DNA of 24,000 nucleotides from Nocardia globerula (GCA_008125105.1 VNIQ01000002.1), one strand, 5' to 3'. Counted from the first letter of the stretch, positions 1 through 7,906 are shown. The notes: generated by a model not told the origin, from the letters alone. Numbers and translations are program-made.

Positions 1-67
1 CTCGCAATGACCCGGCCTAGCAATTTTGATGACAATTCGGGCGGTAACTACCTTTTAACTAGGGACT

Positions 68-706
68 TCATACCCAAGACGCACGACCGGAGCGCACAAG
101 CCGATCCACAACTGTGGTGGGAATCTCTTCAATCGTCATCCCCACAAGCACATGATCGCGCCACTGCCCGTCGACGTCGAGGTACCGGCGTAGGAGTCCC
201 TCTTCACGGAAGCCGACGTTGTGGAGCACGGCGCGCGAGGACGAATTCTCCGGACGAACAGTTGCCTCGACACGATGCAATCCCACCTGCGAGAAGGCAT
301 GGTCCAACGTGAGCGCCACCGCAGCTGTCGCCACACCACCACCCGTGACATCCGACGCAACCCAATAACCCACCCAAGCGGAACGCAACGCGCCGCGAAC
401 GATGTTGCCGATGGTGATCTGCCCGCAGTAATTGCCGTCCAGCTCGATCACCCACGGAAGTATCCGGCCTTTGCGCGCCTCGGATCGAAGACTTCCGCAC
501 AACGACGGCCACACGGTGATGTGATGCCGGGCATCCCACGGCGATTCACCGGTAGGTTCCCACGGCTCGAGATGCTCTCTATCCCGAATGCGCAATCTGC
601 TCCACGCGGACGCGTCGCGCAACCGAATCGGCCGGACGGTGACCACACCGGCAGCCACACGAATCGGGCCCAGCTTCTCGGGCCATCCGGGATGGACTGA
701 CATCAC
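68..706 (-). CDS. rimJ: GNAT family N-acetyltransferase, RimJ/RimL-like
   Basis: 212-aa ORF with a GNAT acetyl-CoA-binding core (QITIGNIVRGALRSAWVGYWV...GGGVATAAV...LHRVEATVRPEN...VL..VGFREEG). Its position next to moeA-galU matches M. tuberculosis Rv0995-Rv0993 synteny, recalled from memory. Confidence 0.85.
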   Translation of the reverse strand: MMSVHPGWPEKLGPIRVAAGVVTVRPIRLRDASAWSRLRIRDREHLEPWEPTGESPWDARHHITVWPSLCGSLRSEARKGRILPWVIELDGNYCGQITIGNIVRGALRSAWVGYWVASDVTGGGVATAAVALTLDHAFSQVGLHRVEATVRPENSSSRAVLHNVGFREEGLLRRYLDVDGQWRDHVLVGMTIEEIPTTVVDRLVRSGRASWV

Positions 707-760
707 ACCTCATTCGGTTGGAAAGTCGAAGCGGCGCACCGGAAGTGAGCCAGCCGTGAC

Positions 761-2020
761 TCAGCCACGTTGGGCGAGAAATGCGACGTCGACTTCTTCA
801 CCGATCTGCACTTCGGTGACATCCCGGTCGACGAGTACCAGGCAATTTGCTTCGGCCAACGTCGCCAACAGGTGGGACGACGCGCCCGCGGCGCCACCGA
901 GAGCCTGGACCAGGTACTCCCCCGTTGCCTCGTCGCGCATCAACTGCCCACGAAGGAATCCTTTACGGTCCGCGATCGACGTAATCGTTCCCACCGTTCG
1001 GGCCTTCACGATGCGACGCATCGGCTGGCGACGACCGAGCGCGATCCGGATGAGCGGCCTGACCATGACCTCGAACACCACGAGCGCACTGACCGGATTC
1101 GACGGGAGCAGGAAGGTCGGTACCTCGTCACGCCCGAGCTGACCGAACCCTTGAACTGATCCCGGATGCATCGCGACCCGCTCGACCTCGAGCGTTCCCA
1201 GTTCGGACAGCGCATCGCGGACCTCGTCGGACGCTCCACCGCCGACAGCTCCCGCGATGACCACGATCTCGGATCGGATCAATTGCCCCTCGACAACCTC
1301 TCGCAACCGGCGAGCATCCGATCCGGAAATGCCAACCCGGTTGACGTCGGCTCCGGCGTCACGAGCAGCCGCAGCCAGGGCATACGAATTCACGTCGTAA
1401 ACCTGGCCGGGTCCCGGAGTTCGGTCGATGTCGACCAGCTCGCCCCCGACGCTGATGACCGATAGCCGCGGACGCGGATGCACCAGAACTTTGTCACGGC
1501 CCACTGCCGCGAGAAGTCCGACCTGGGCAGCGCCGATGATGGTTCCCGCCCGAACAGCGACATCGCCCGGTTGCACGTCGTCACCCGCGCGTCGTACGTA
1601 ATCTCCTGAGCGCACCGGCGCAAAGACTCGCACGCGGGCGCGGCCACCGTCGGTCTGCTCCAGCGGGAGAACCGCATCGGCCAACGTGGGCAGCGGCGCG
1701 CCGGTGTCGACGCGCACAGCTTGCCGTGGCTGTAGCCGGATCGGCTGACGCGAACCGGCCGTGACCTCACCGACGACAGGCAGGCTCAAGTCGATCGGCT
1801 CGCCGTCCTCGCCACGCAGATCCGTGCCGGCACCCGCAACATCGACGCTACGGACTGCGTATCCGTCGATGGCAGCCTGATCGAACCCTGGCAGGGGCCG
1901 CTCGGTGACCACTTCCTCGGCACAGAGCAACCCCTGTGCCTCCGAAATGGCGACACGAACCGGCCGGGGCGCAACTGCAGCGGCTGTGACCCTGGTCTGC
2001 TGCTCCTCAACCGACCGCAT
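761..2020 (-). CDS. moeA: Molybdopterin molybdenumtransferase MoeA
   Basis: 419-aa ORF with MoeA domain order: N-terminal/linker, MoCF-biosynthesis core (SVISVGGELV, VIAGAVGGG..D) and C-terminal beta-barrel. An AGGAGG RBS lies about 11 nt upstream of ATG 2020. Confidence 0.92.
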   Translation of the reverse strand: MRSVEEQQTRVTAAAVAPRPVRVAISEAQGLLCAEEVVTERPLPGFDQAAIDGYAVRSVDVAGAGTDLRGEDGEPIDLSLPVVGEVTAGSRQPIRLQPRQAVRVDTGAPLPTLADAVLPLEQTDGGRARVRVFAPVRSGDYVRRAGDDVQPGDVAVRAGTIIGAAQVGLLAAVGRDKVLVHPRPRLSVISVGGELVDIDRTPGPGQVYDVNSYALAAAARDAGADVNRVGISGSDARRLREVVEGQLIRSEIVVIAGAVGGGASDEVRDALSELGTLEVERVAMHPGSVQGFGQLGRDEVPTFLLPSNPVSALVVFEVMVRPLIRIALGRRQPMRRIVKARTVGTITSIADRKGFLRGQLMRDEATGEYLVQALGGAAGASSHLLATLAEANCLVLVDRDVTEVQIGEEVDVAFLAQRG

Positions 2021-2145
2021 ATGGACTGCGTCCTCCTACTTTGTCGCGAAACTCGTGTTACCCGCAGCCCATGATGCCTTGCCACACGATTGGCCGGTCA
2101 TCTCGATCCTGCGTCAACTGCTGTGCGGAGATGTCCGAACTATCC

Positions 2146-3057
2146 CTATCGTTCGAGACGAGCAACCAACCACTCTCGCAACGACGGGCCGTAGTCATCC
2201 ATGTCCAGTGCGAAGTCAACCGCAGCGCGGAGGTAACCGCCGGGATTTCCGAGGTCGTGTCGAGTACCGCGATGAACGACGACATGCACGGGGTGGCCTT
2301 CGGAGATGAGAAGCGCGATGGCGTCGGTCAGCTGCAATTCACCACCGGTTCCGGGCTTGATGCGTCGCAGTGCGTCGAAAATGGCGCGATCGAGCAGGTA
2401 TCGACCAGCGGCAGCAAACGTGGACGGCGCATCCTCCATAGCCGGCTTCTCGACCATCCCGATGACCTTGAGCACGTCGGGGTTGGTAGCGTCCGGCACG
2501 ATTTCGACGTCGAAGACGCCGTATGCGCTGACTTTGTCCTTGGGAACTTCGATGGCGCACAAAACCGAACCGCCGCGCTTGGCGCGTACCTTGGCCATGG
2601 TTTCGAGCACACCTCTAGGCAACACGAGATCGTCGGGCAGAAGAACCGCGATCGCATCCTCGTCGTCGTCGAGAACAGCCTCGGCGCAACCGACCGCGTG
2701 CCCCAAACCGAGTGGCTGATCCTGGATCACGGAGTCGACTTCGAGGAGTCCGGGTGCCTTACGCACCTTGGCCAGTAGAGCGAGCTTTCCACTCGCTTCC
2801 AGCTTGCTTTCGAGGACAAGATCCTCGACAAAATGCGCGACAACCCCGTCTTTGCCGGGCGAGGTCACGATGACCAGGCGCTCAGCGCCGGAATCGGCGG
2901 CCTCCCCGGCAACCAGTTCGATACCCGGTGTGTCGACGACCGGCAGCAATTCCTTGGGAACGGTCTTGGTGGCCGGCAGGAAGCGGGTACCCAATCCGGC
3001 AGCAGGAACCACGGCCGTACGAAAGGCCTTCTTGTTGCTAGCGACCACGTCTGTCAT
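2146..3057 (-). CDS. galU: UTP--glucose-1-phosphate uridylyltransferase GalU
   Basis: 303-aa ORF with the nucleotidyltransferase signature VVPAAGLGTRFLPATKTVPKELLPV, plus LGLGHAV and the VEKP motif. Confidence 0.95.
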   Translation of the reverse strand: MTDVVASNKKAFRTAVVPAAGLGTRFLPATKTVPKELLPVVDTPGIELVAGEAADSGAERLVIVTSPGKDGVVAHFVEDLVLESKLEASGKLALLAKVRKAPGLLEVDSVIQDQPLGLGHAVGCAEAVLDDDEDAIAVLLPDDLVLPRGVLETMAKVRAKRGGSVLCAIEVPKDKVSAYGVFDVEIVPDATNPDVLKVIGMVEKPAMEDAPSTFAAAGRYLLDRAIFDALRRIKPGTGGELQLTDAIALLISEGHPVHVVVHRGTRHDLGNPGGYLRAAVDFALDMDDYGPSLREWLVARLER

Positions 3058-3077
3058 GCCAACACCCTAACGGCAGC

Positions 3078-3692
3078 TTGTTACCCGATGGTCAGCACGA
3101 TGCATATCGTGAAGTGGTGGAACCTCGAGAAAAAGAGCAATGGCGACAAACAGTGCTGGCCGGGCGGCGTGCGATATCGGAGCAAACTCGGAGCACCGAA
3201 TCGTCGGCACTCACGGCACACTCGCTTGATCTGACAATCCCGGGGACGACTGTCTGCGCCTACGTTCCGACCAGGACCGAACCTGGAACCACTGACCTGC
3301 TGGACGCGCTGGCAGCCGTCGCAGATCGCGTTCTCCTGCCGATCACCGGCGCACCCGGCCCGCTGTCCTGGGTCGAGTACACAGGTGTCGACGCACTTCG
3401 CCCCGCTGCGTACGGGCTACGGGAACCCGTCGGACCGGTACTACCACCGGAAACGATCGCGCTCGCCCACACTGTCTTCGTCCCGGCCCTCGCCGTGGAT
3501 CGCCGAGGCACTCGGCTGGGACGCGGCGCCGGGTACTACGACCGCACGCTGGGATTGGCGTCGCCGACTGCCAGGCTCGTCGCGGTAGTTCGCGACTCGG
3601 AGCTCGTCGAACAGCTCCCCGCAGATCCGCACGACATTCCGATGGGCTGGGCGCTGACCCCGACTGCGGGTTGGACCCGACTGGACCGATGA
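3078..3692 (+). CDS. 5-formyltetrahydrofolate cyclo-ligase
   Basis: ORF carries the family motifs GRGAGYYDR and HD(I)P near the C-terminus. The start is uncertain: TTG 3078, or GTG 3114/3117. It is divergent from galU, as Rv0992c is in M. tuberculosis. Confidence 0.85.
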   Translation: MLPDGQHDAYREVVEPREKEQWRQTVLAGRRAISEQTRSTESSALTAHSLDLTIPGTTVCAYVPTRTEPGTTDLLDALAAVADRVLLPITGAPGPLSWVEYTGVDALRPAAYGLREPVGPVLPPETIALAHTVFVPALAVDRRGTRLGRGAGYYDRTLGLASPTARLVAVVRDSELVEQLPADPHDIPMGWALTPTAGWTRLDR

Positions 3693-3744
3693 GGCGGCCG
3701 CCACCATTTCTCGCGCAGTGGGAATAGACACGTAATTAGCGCTG

Positions 3745-3771
3745 TTGGCACTGTCACTTGTAGAGTGCTAA
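3745..3771 (+). promoter_or_regulatory. CIRCE-like inverted repeat (HrcA operator): TTGGCACTG-N9-GAGTGCTAA
   Basis: Read directly from the sequence. It matches the canonical CIRCE TTAGCACTC-N9-GAGTGCTAA at 16 of 18 arm positions with exact 9-nt spacing. It ends 79 nt upstream of the GTG start of the Ruc-like gene. An extra half-site, TTAGCGCTG, abuts it at 3736-3744. Confidence 0.75.
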
Positions 3772-3850
3772 GGGCTGCGGTGTCAGAACTGGCTCGACAG
3801 CACTCGCCAGCCCTGATGAAGCACTTAGATCACAATGCGGAGGAAGCCCG

Positions 3851-4159
3851 GTGCCTACCTACTCATACGCATGTACGGAATGTGACAACCGTTTCGACAT
3901 CGTCCAGTCGTTCAGCGAAGATTCGCTGACGGTCTGCCCAGCCTGCTCCGGCAAGCTCCGCAAGCTGTTCAACTCGGTGGGCATCGTGTTCAAGGGCAGC
4001 GGTTTCTACCGCACCGACAGCCGAGGTGGCTCCAGCACGGCCAGCGAACCCGCCAAGAGCGATTCCGCTCCGGCCGCAAAGTCCGAGTCGTCGACCAAGT
4101 CCGAGTCGTCCTCTTCGTCGACCAGCACTCCGGCTCCGGCAAAGGCTGCAGCCAGCTAG
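3851..4159 (+). CDS. ruc: FmdB-family zinc-ribbon protein with a disordered Ser/Ala/Pro-rich C-terminus (Ruc/Rv0991c-like redox-regulated chaperone)
   Basis: 102 aa, with a GTG start 6 nt after a GGAGGA RBS. The N-terminal CxxC...CxxC zinc ribbon is YACTECDNRF...VCPACSG, followed by FKGSGFY and then a low-complexity tail. Synteny and the upstream CIRCE match what is reported for M. tuberculosis Rv0991c. Confidence 0.85.
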   Translation: MPTYSYACTECDNRFDIVQSFSEDSLTVCPACSGKLRKLFNSVGIVFKGSGFYRTDSRGGSSTASEPAKSDSAPAAKSESSTKSESSSSSTSTPAPAKAAAS

Positions 4160-4206
4160 TTCGAGCACGACTTTCTCCACAACCGCGAGGTTGTCCACAG
4201 GCAGAT

Positions 4207-4245
4207 AACGGTAGGGCCGAAAAGCACGCTTTCGGCCCTACCGTT
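4207..4245 (+). terminator. 16-bp perfect stem-loop (AACGGTAGGGCCGAAA-N7-TTTCGGCCCTACCGTT) after ruc
   Basis: The inverted repeat was read directly. A smaller hairpin precedes it (ACAACC-GCGA-GGTTGT, 4179-4194). There is no strong U-tract, so it may be a factor-independent I-shaped terminator or an attenuator. Confidence 0.55.
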
Positions 4246-4250
4246 CGTCT

Positions 4251-4994
4251 ATGCCACCACCATCACCGTCCGGGCTGTTCCGCGCACGATCTCGGAGTCA
4301 CGGCCGATCCAGACCGCAGAATTTCGGTGAAGTCGACCTCACGCCCAGCGTCGTCGACCGCTTGGTTGCGATTGCAAAGCCCAACCGCGCACGAGGCTCG
4401 GCAGTTCGAAAAATCGCCGCACTCACTCTTGCCGTGCTCGGAATAGCGCTGCTGTTTCGCGGCGATCCTGACTCCGATACCGTCCGGGTTGTCACCGCGG
4501 CCCGCGATGTCGCTCCCGGACAACTTGTCACCGACGACGACCTCGGAATCAGCGAGTTCTCTGCCGATCACCTTCCCGACGGGACGCTTACCGAGTTCGC
4601 CGACGTTGTGGGCAGCACCGTCGCCGGGCCTGTTCGCCGCGGAGAAATCGTCACAGACGTCCGAGTTCTCGGGTCGCGTCTGGCCCGTGAGTCCACGGGA
4701 ACCGACGACGCGCGAATTGTCCCGGTCCGGCTAGCGGATGCCGCAGTTTCGGACATTGTCCGTAGCGGCGACATTGTCGATGTGCTCACAGTTGAGCCCG
4801 ACACTCCGAACGAGCAGACAAACGACAACAAACCCACGATTCTTGCGTCGGGCGCCGTTGTTGTCATGGTCACCGCTGCGGAAAGTACACGTAACCAGCA
4901 AGAACAGGTGATCATGCTGGCATTGCCCACCGAGGCGGCTACTCGCGTCGCGGCCGCATCACTGGTCAACGCCATCACCGTGACGTTCAAGTAA
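4251..4994 (+). CDS. SAF-domain membrane protein (CpaB/RcpC-like; Rv0990c-like)
   Basis: 247-aa ORF with a basic N-terminus, one TM helix (IAALTLAVLGIALLF) and a SAF-like segment (VRVVTAARDVAPGQLVTDDDL...GEIVTDVRV). The start is uncertain: ATG 4251 lies 6 nt after the hairpin and has no obvious SD sequence. Confidence 0.75.
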   Translation: MPPPSPSGLFRARSRSHGRSRPQNFGEVDLTPSVVDRLVAIAKPNRARGSAVRKIAALTLAVLGIALLFRGDPDSDTVRVVTAARDVAPGQLVTDDDLGISEFSADHLPDGTLTEFADVVGSTVAGPVRRGEIVTDVRVLGSRLARESTGTDDARIVPVRLADAAVSDIVRSGDIVDVLTVEPDTPNEQTNDNKPTILASGAVVVMVTAAESTRNQQEQVIMLALPTEAATRVAAASLVNAITVTFK

Positions 4995-5033
4995 GCAAAC
5001 ACATTGATGCTTGCTCCTTTAGGATTTTTGCAT

Positions 5034-5055
5034 TCGGCTCTCTCCAGAGAGCCGA
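5034..5055 (+). terminator. Stem-loop TCGGCTCTCT-CC-AGAGAGCCGA between the SAF gene and mscL
   Basis: 10-nt inverted arms read directly. It lies 40 nt after the SAF gene stop and has no U-tract. Confidence 0.4.
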
Positions 5056-5091
5056 CACGTTCATCTCACACACAATTCGGGGGACACCGAA

Positions 5092-5514
5092 ATGCTCAAG
5101 GGATTCAAAGACTTCCTGCTCCGCGGAAACGTGCTCGACCTGGCCGTTGCAGTGGTCGTGGGCGCAGCGTTCACCGCGATCGTCACGGCCTTCACGTCGA
5201 ACATCATCAACCCACTCATCGCCGCCATTGGTGGATCCGACGAATTGGGCTGGGGAAAGGAGATCATTGCCGGCAATCCCGAAACTTTCGTCAACATCGG
5301 TGCCGTGGTCACCGCGATCATCAACTTCGTCATCATCGCGGCAGTTGTCTACTTCGTGCTGATCGTTCCCGCGAACGCGGCCAAGAAGAAGTTCGTCACC
5401 GAACCCGAGGACAAGGAAGCCAGCGAAACCGATCTGCTCATCCAGATCCGCGACATCCTCGCTTCCGGTGTAACCGACCCCGACTCCGGCGCCCACGCCA
5501 AGAGCTTCGACTAG
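5092..5514 (+). CDS. mscL: Large-conductance mechanosensitive channel MscL
   Basis: 140 aa with the hallmark N-terminus MLKGFKDFLLRGNVLDLAVAVVVGAAF, two TM helices and a charged C-terminal helix. Confidence 0.96.
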   Translation: MLKGFKDFLLRGNVLDLAVAVVVGAAFTAIVTAFTSNIINPLIAAIGGSDELGWGKEIIAGNPETFVNIGAVVTAIINFVIIAAVVYFVLIVPANAAKKKFVTEPEDKEASETDLLIQIRDILASGVTDPDSGAHAKSFD

Positions 5515-5523
5515 CGTCCACCT

Positions 5524-5570
5524 GACAGATCAGGCCCGCCCCGGACATTCCGGGACGGGCCTGATCTGTC
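5524..5570. terminator. Bidirectional terminator hairpin (15-bp stem GACAGATCAGGCCCG / CGGGCCTGATCTGTC with a nested CCCGGA-CAT-TCCGGG)
   Basis: Read directly. It lies between the convergent mscL (stop 5514) and the minus-strand moaB operon. Confidence 0.75.
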
Positions 5571-5577
5571 TGATGCG

Positions 5578-5751
5578 TCAACCGCCGTGATGCGGCGGAA
5601 CCTGCCTGCGTAACCACTCGTCATCCGACGAACGGGAGGATCCTTGCGGATCACGCTCGTCGGACGTCGTCTCCGGGAACACATCCCCGAAAATGCGCGC
5701 CAAAGCCTCTTTGTCGACAGGCTTCTTTTCTGCGCTCTGTTCGTCGGACAA
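5578..5751 (-). CDS. Candidate small acidic protein (57 aa, TTG start) trailing moaB
   Basis: Not in the supplied ORF track because it lacks an ATG. My hand translation: LSDEQSAEKKPVDKEALARIFGDVFPETTSDERDPQGSSRSSDDEWLRRQVPPHHGG*. The TTG lies 7 nt after the moaB stop, with GAGGG about 11 nt upstream. GC3 is roughly 68 percent. The operon terminator hairpin sits just after this ORF's stop, not after the moaB stop. Confidence 0.3.
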   Translation of the reverse strand: MSDEQSAEKKPVDKEALARIFGDVFPETTSDERDPQGSSRSSDDEWLRRQVPPHHGG

Positions 5752-5758
5752 CTTCTAC

Positions 5759-6340
5759 TCAGCCCTCGAGGCTGGACAGTTCGGCGATCACATGGCCCGC
5801 CAAAGCCGTCAACGTTGCCATGCCGTCACGGATCGCGGGGCGCGTCGACGCCAAATTGGCGACGACGGTGCTGCCCGAGACACCGACCAAGCCGCGGGAC
5901 AAGCCCGCTTCGAGCGATCCTGCGGACAACCCGGACGCCCGCAGCGCCTCGGCAATTCCCGGGATCTCCCGATCGAGCACCTCAGCCGTCACGTCCGGTG
6001 TCACGTCGCGCGGTGACACTCCGGTACCGCCGACCGAGATCACCAAGTCGACACCACCGATCACCGCGGTATTGAGAGCGTTCCGGATTTCCACCTCGTC
6101 GGCGGCAACTGCAACCGTCGCGTCGACGTGAAAACCTGCTTCGTTCAGCAGTTCCGTAACCAACGGACCGATGGAGTCGGTGGTATCACCGTGAGCGGTG
6201 CGATCGTCGACGATGACAACCAGGGCGCGGCCGGCCGATGTGGCTTCGAGTTCCATGACTCCTACCGTAGTGCCGCGCCCCGAATCAGTTGCGGTCCGGC
6301 CGAAGATCGGGGTGATCGTCGGCCGGTCGCCAACTGTCAC
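5759..6340 (-). CDS. moaB: MogA/MoaB-family molybdenum cofactor biosynthesis protein
   Basis: MoCF-biosynthesis fold motifs are present (DLVISVGGTGVSPRDVTPD, GIAEALR). GTG 6340 overlaps the pepD stop (GTGA), which implies translational coupling. An internal ATG (MELEATS...) is an alternative start. This corresponds to Rv0984 (moaB2) downstream of pepD. Confidence 0.85.
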   Translation of the reverse strand: MTVGDRPTITPIFGRTATDSGRGTTVGVMELEATSAGRALVVIVDDRTAHGDTTDSIGPLVTELLNEAGFHVDATVAVAADEVEIRNALNTAVIGGVDLVISVGGTGVSPRDVTPDVTAEVLDREIPGIAEALRASGLSAGSLEAGLSRGLVGVSGSTVVANLASTRPAIRDGMATLTALAGHVIAELSSLEG

Positions 6341-7815
6341 CGCCCACCTTGCGCCGGGGCGGTTCCCAGCGTGACGTCGACGGTCTTCTGCTGGCCACCG
6401 TCGGTGTACGTGATCGACACGGTGTCGCCGGGAGCGTGCGACCGCACTGCCGCGATGAGCGAATCACCGTCTGCGACAACACGATCGTCGACCTTCGTGA
6501 TGACGGCACCCTTCGGGATTCCGGCCTTGGCTGCCGGACCGTCAGCGGTGACGTCCATAACCGTCGCACCATCCGCGTTGTCCTGCGAGGGCACCGTCAC
6601 GCCGATCATGGCCTGAGTGGCCTTGCCGGTTTCGATCAACTCGTTGGCAACACGCCTGGCCTGATCGATCGGGATGGCAAAGCCGAGTCCGATCGACCCA
6701 CCCTGCGTGCCCGACGAGGCTCCCAGTGACGCGATGGCCGTGTTGATACCGATCAACTGTCCGTCCATGTTGACCAGTGCGCCACCCGAGTTACCCGGGT
6801 TGATGGCCGCGTCGGTCTGCAGGGCATCGATAACCGTGTTCTGGTTGCCCGACTCGCCGCTGGTGGACACCGGTCGATTGAGCGCCGAGATGATGCCCTC
6901 GGTGACCGTTCCGGCCAGCCCCAACGGTGAACCGACTGCAACAACCTGCTGACCGACCACTACCTCGGCCGAATTGCCCAGGTCGATCGGCGTCAGATCA
7001 TTGCGACCCTCGACCTTGATGACGGCGATATCGGAAACCGGATCGGCACCGACCAGGGTTGCCGATGCCTTGCTTCCGTCGGAGAACGACACACTCAACT
7101 GCGCACCGGAGGCGCCGGCAACGTGATTGTTGGTCAGGATGAGACCGTCGGAGGACAGAATCACGCCGGACCCTTCACCGCCGGAGCCCTGAGCTGTGGC
7201 CACCTCGATCTGGACCACACTGGGCACGACCTTCTGAGCCACGGCCTGCACCGAACCGGCCGGTGCGTTGGACGTGTTGGTTGCTGTCGGCTTGGCAGCG
7301 TTGAGCGAATTGGTGACGGTTCCGCTGCCACCGTTGTTGTCTGCCACAATCGCGCCGACCGCACCGCCGACGCCGCCGCTGACGAGCACCAGTGCAAGCG
7401 CGCCGGCTACCAGTGCCATGCGCTTCGACTTCGGCTTGGCCGGTTCGGGATCAGCGTTGGGTCCGCGCAGCGCAGCGGGGATCGGTCCGCCGGGTCCGCC
7501 GGGTCCGGCAGCGCCACCTGGTCCGGCGGGGCCGGCCGGGCTCGCTGCACTCTGATAGGGCGACTGCTGCTGGTGAGCAGCCTCATGTGCGCCGTAGTGC
7601 TGCCCGAACGACTGCGTGGGCTGCTGCCCGTAGCCCGGCGCCTGATGCTGCTGGGTCGGGTAAGGCTGCTGCTGCGTCGGGTAAGCCTGCGTGGGGTTCT
7701 GCTGGGCAGGATTAGGCTGGGCAGGATTCTGCTGGGTCGGGTAAGCCTGCGTCGGCTGGGGCTCGTTGCCTGGCTGCTCGGGCCGGTCAGGCCCAGTGTT
7801 ACGGTCCTCGGTCAT
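6337..7815 (-). CDS. pepD: HtrA/PepD-family membrane-anchored serine protease with a PDZ domain
   Basis: The catalytic triad contexts are LTNNHV (His), DIAVIKV (Asp) and GNSGGAL (Ser). There is a C-terminal PDZ domain and a TM anchor (MALVAGALALVLVSGGVGGAVGAIV) after a Gln/Pro-rich N-terminal region. I placed the start at ATG 7815 (MTEDRN...) because the longest ORF (to 7911) reads through the MprA-box-like repeat. Confidence 0.9.
   Translation of the reverse strand: MTEDRNTGPDRPEQPGNEPQPTQAYPTQQNPAQPNPAQQNPTQAYPTQQQPYPTQQHQAPGYGQQPTQSFGQHYGAHEAAHQQQSPYQSAASPAGPAGPGGAAGPGGPGGPIPAALRGPNADPEPAKPKSKRMALVAGALALVLVSGGVGGAVGAIVADNNGGSGTVTNSLNAAKPTATNTSNAPAGSVQAVAQKVVPSVVQIEVATAQGSGGEGSGVILSSDGLILTNNHVAGASGAQLSVSFSDGSKASATLVGADPVSDIAVIKVEGRNDLTPIDLGNSAEVVVGQQVVAVGSPLGLAGTVTEGIISALNRPVSTSGESGNQNTVIDALQTDAAINPGNSGGALVNMDGQLIGINTAIASLGASSGTQGGSIGLGFAIPIDQARRVANELIETGKATQAMIGVTVPSQDNADGATVMDVTADGPAAKAGIPKGAVITKVDDRVVADGDSLIAAVRSHAPGDTVSITYTDGGQQKTVDVTLGTAPAQGGR
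7464..7779 (-). repeat. In-frame low-complexity Gln/Pro/Gly-rich coding repeats in the pepD 5' region
   Basis: The peptide reads QAYPTQQNPAQPNPAQQNPTQAYPTQQQPYPTQQ...GPAGPGGAAGPGGPGGP. At the DNA level the motif TCGGGTAAGCCTGCGT recurs 60 bp apart (7677 and 7737). Confidence 0.8.
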
Positions 7816-7887
7816 CGGCTCGCTTTCGTCTCGGTGACCACCGTATTGGTTGGTCACAACTCTGTTGACTACAAGACTGCCTTGCGC

Positions 7888-7906
7888 TGCTGAGAAGCCG
7901 CTGAGA
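7888..7906 (-). promoter_or_regulatory. MprA-box-like direct repeat TCTCAGCG-GCT-TCTCAGCA upstream of pepD
   Basis: Read on the minus strand. The 8-N3-8 direct-repeat architecture matches that reported for M. tuberculosis MprA. The repeat positions are 15/16 identical to the copy upstream of mprA. Confidence 0.65.

Noticed and set aside
1-67. Slightly AT-richer 67 nt at the window edge
   Set aside because: It is too short and is truncated by the window. I could assign no ORF, hairpin or motif.
3798-3830. Possible second CIRCE element downstream of the first
   Set aside because: Only same-orientation AGCACT half-sites are present (ACAGCACTC and GAAGCACTT). No inverted partner exists at N9 spacing, so it is not a bona fide CIRCE.
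7464-7779. pepD repeat region as a CRISPR-like or VNTR array
   Set aside because: The repeats are short, imperfect and in frame within a coding region. There is no spacer/repeat regularity and there are no cas genes.
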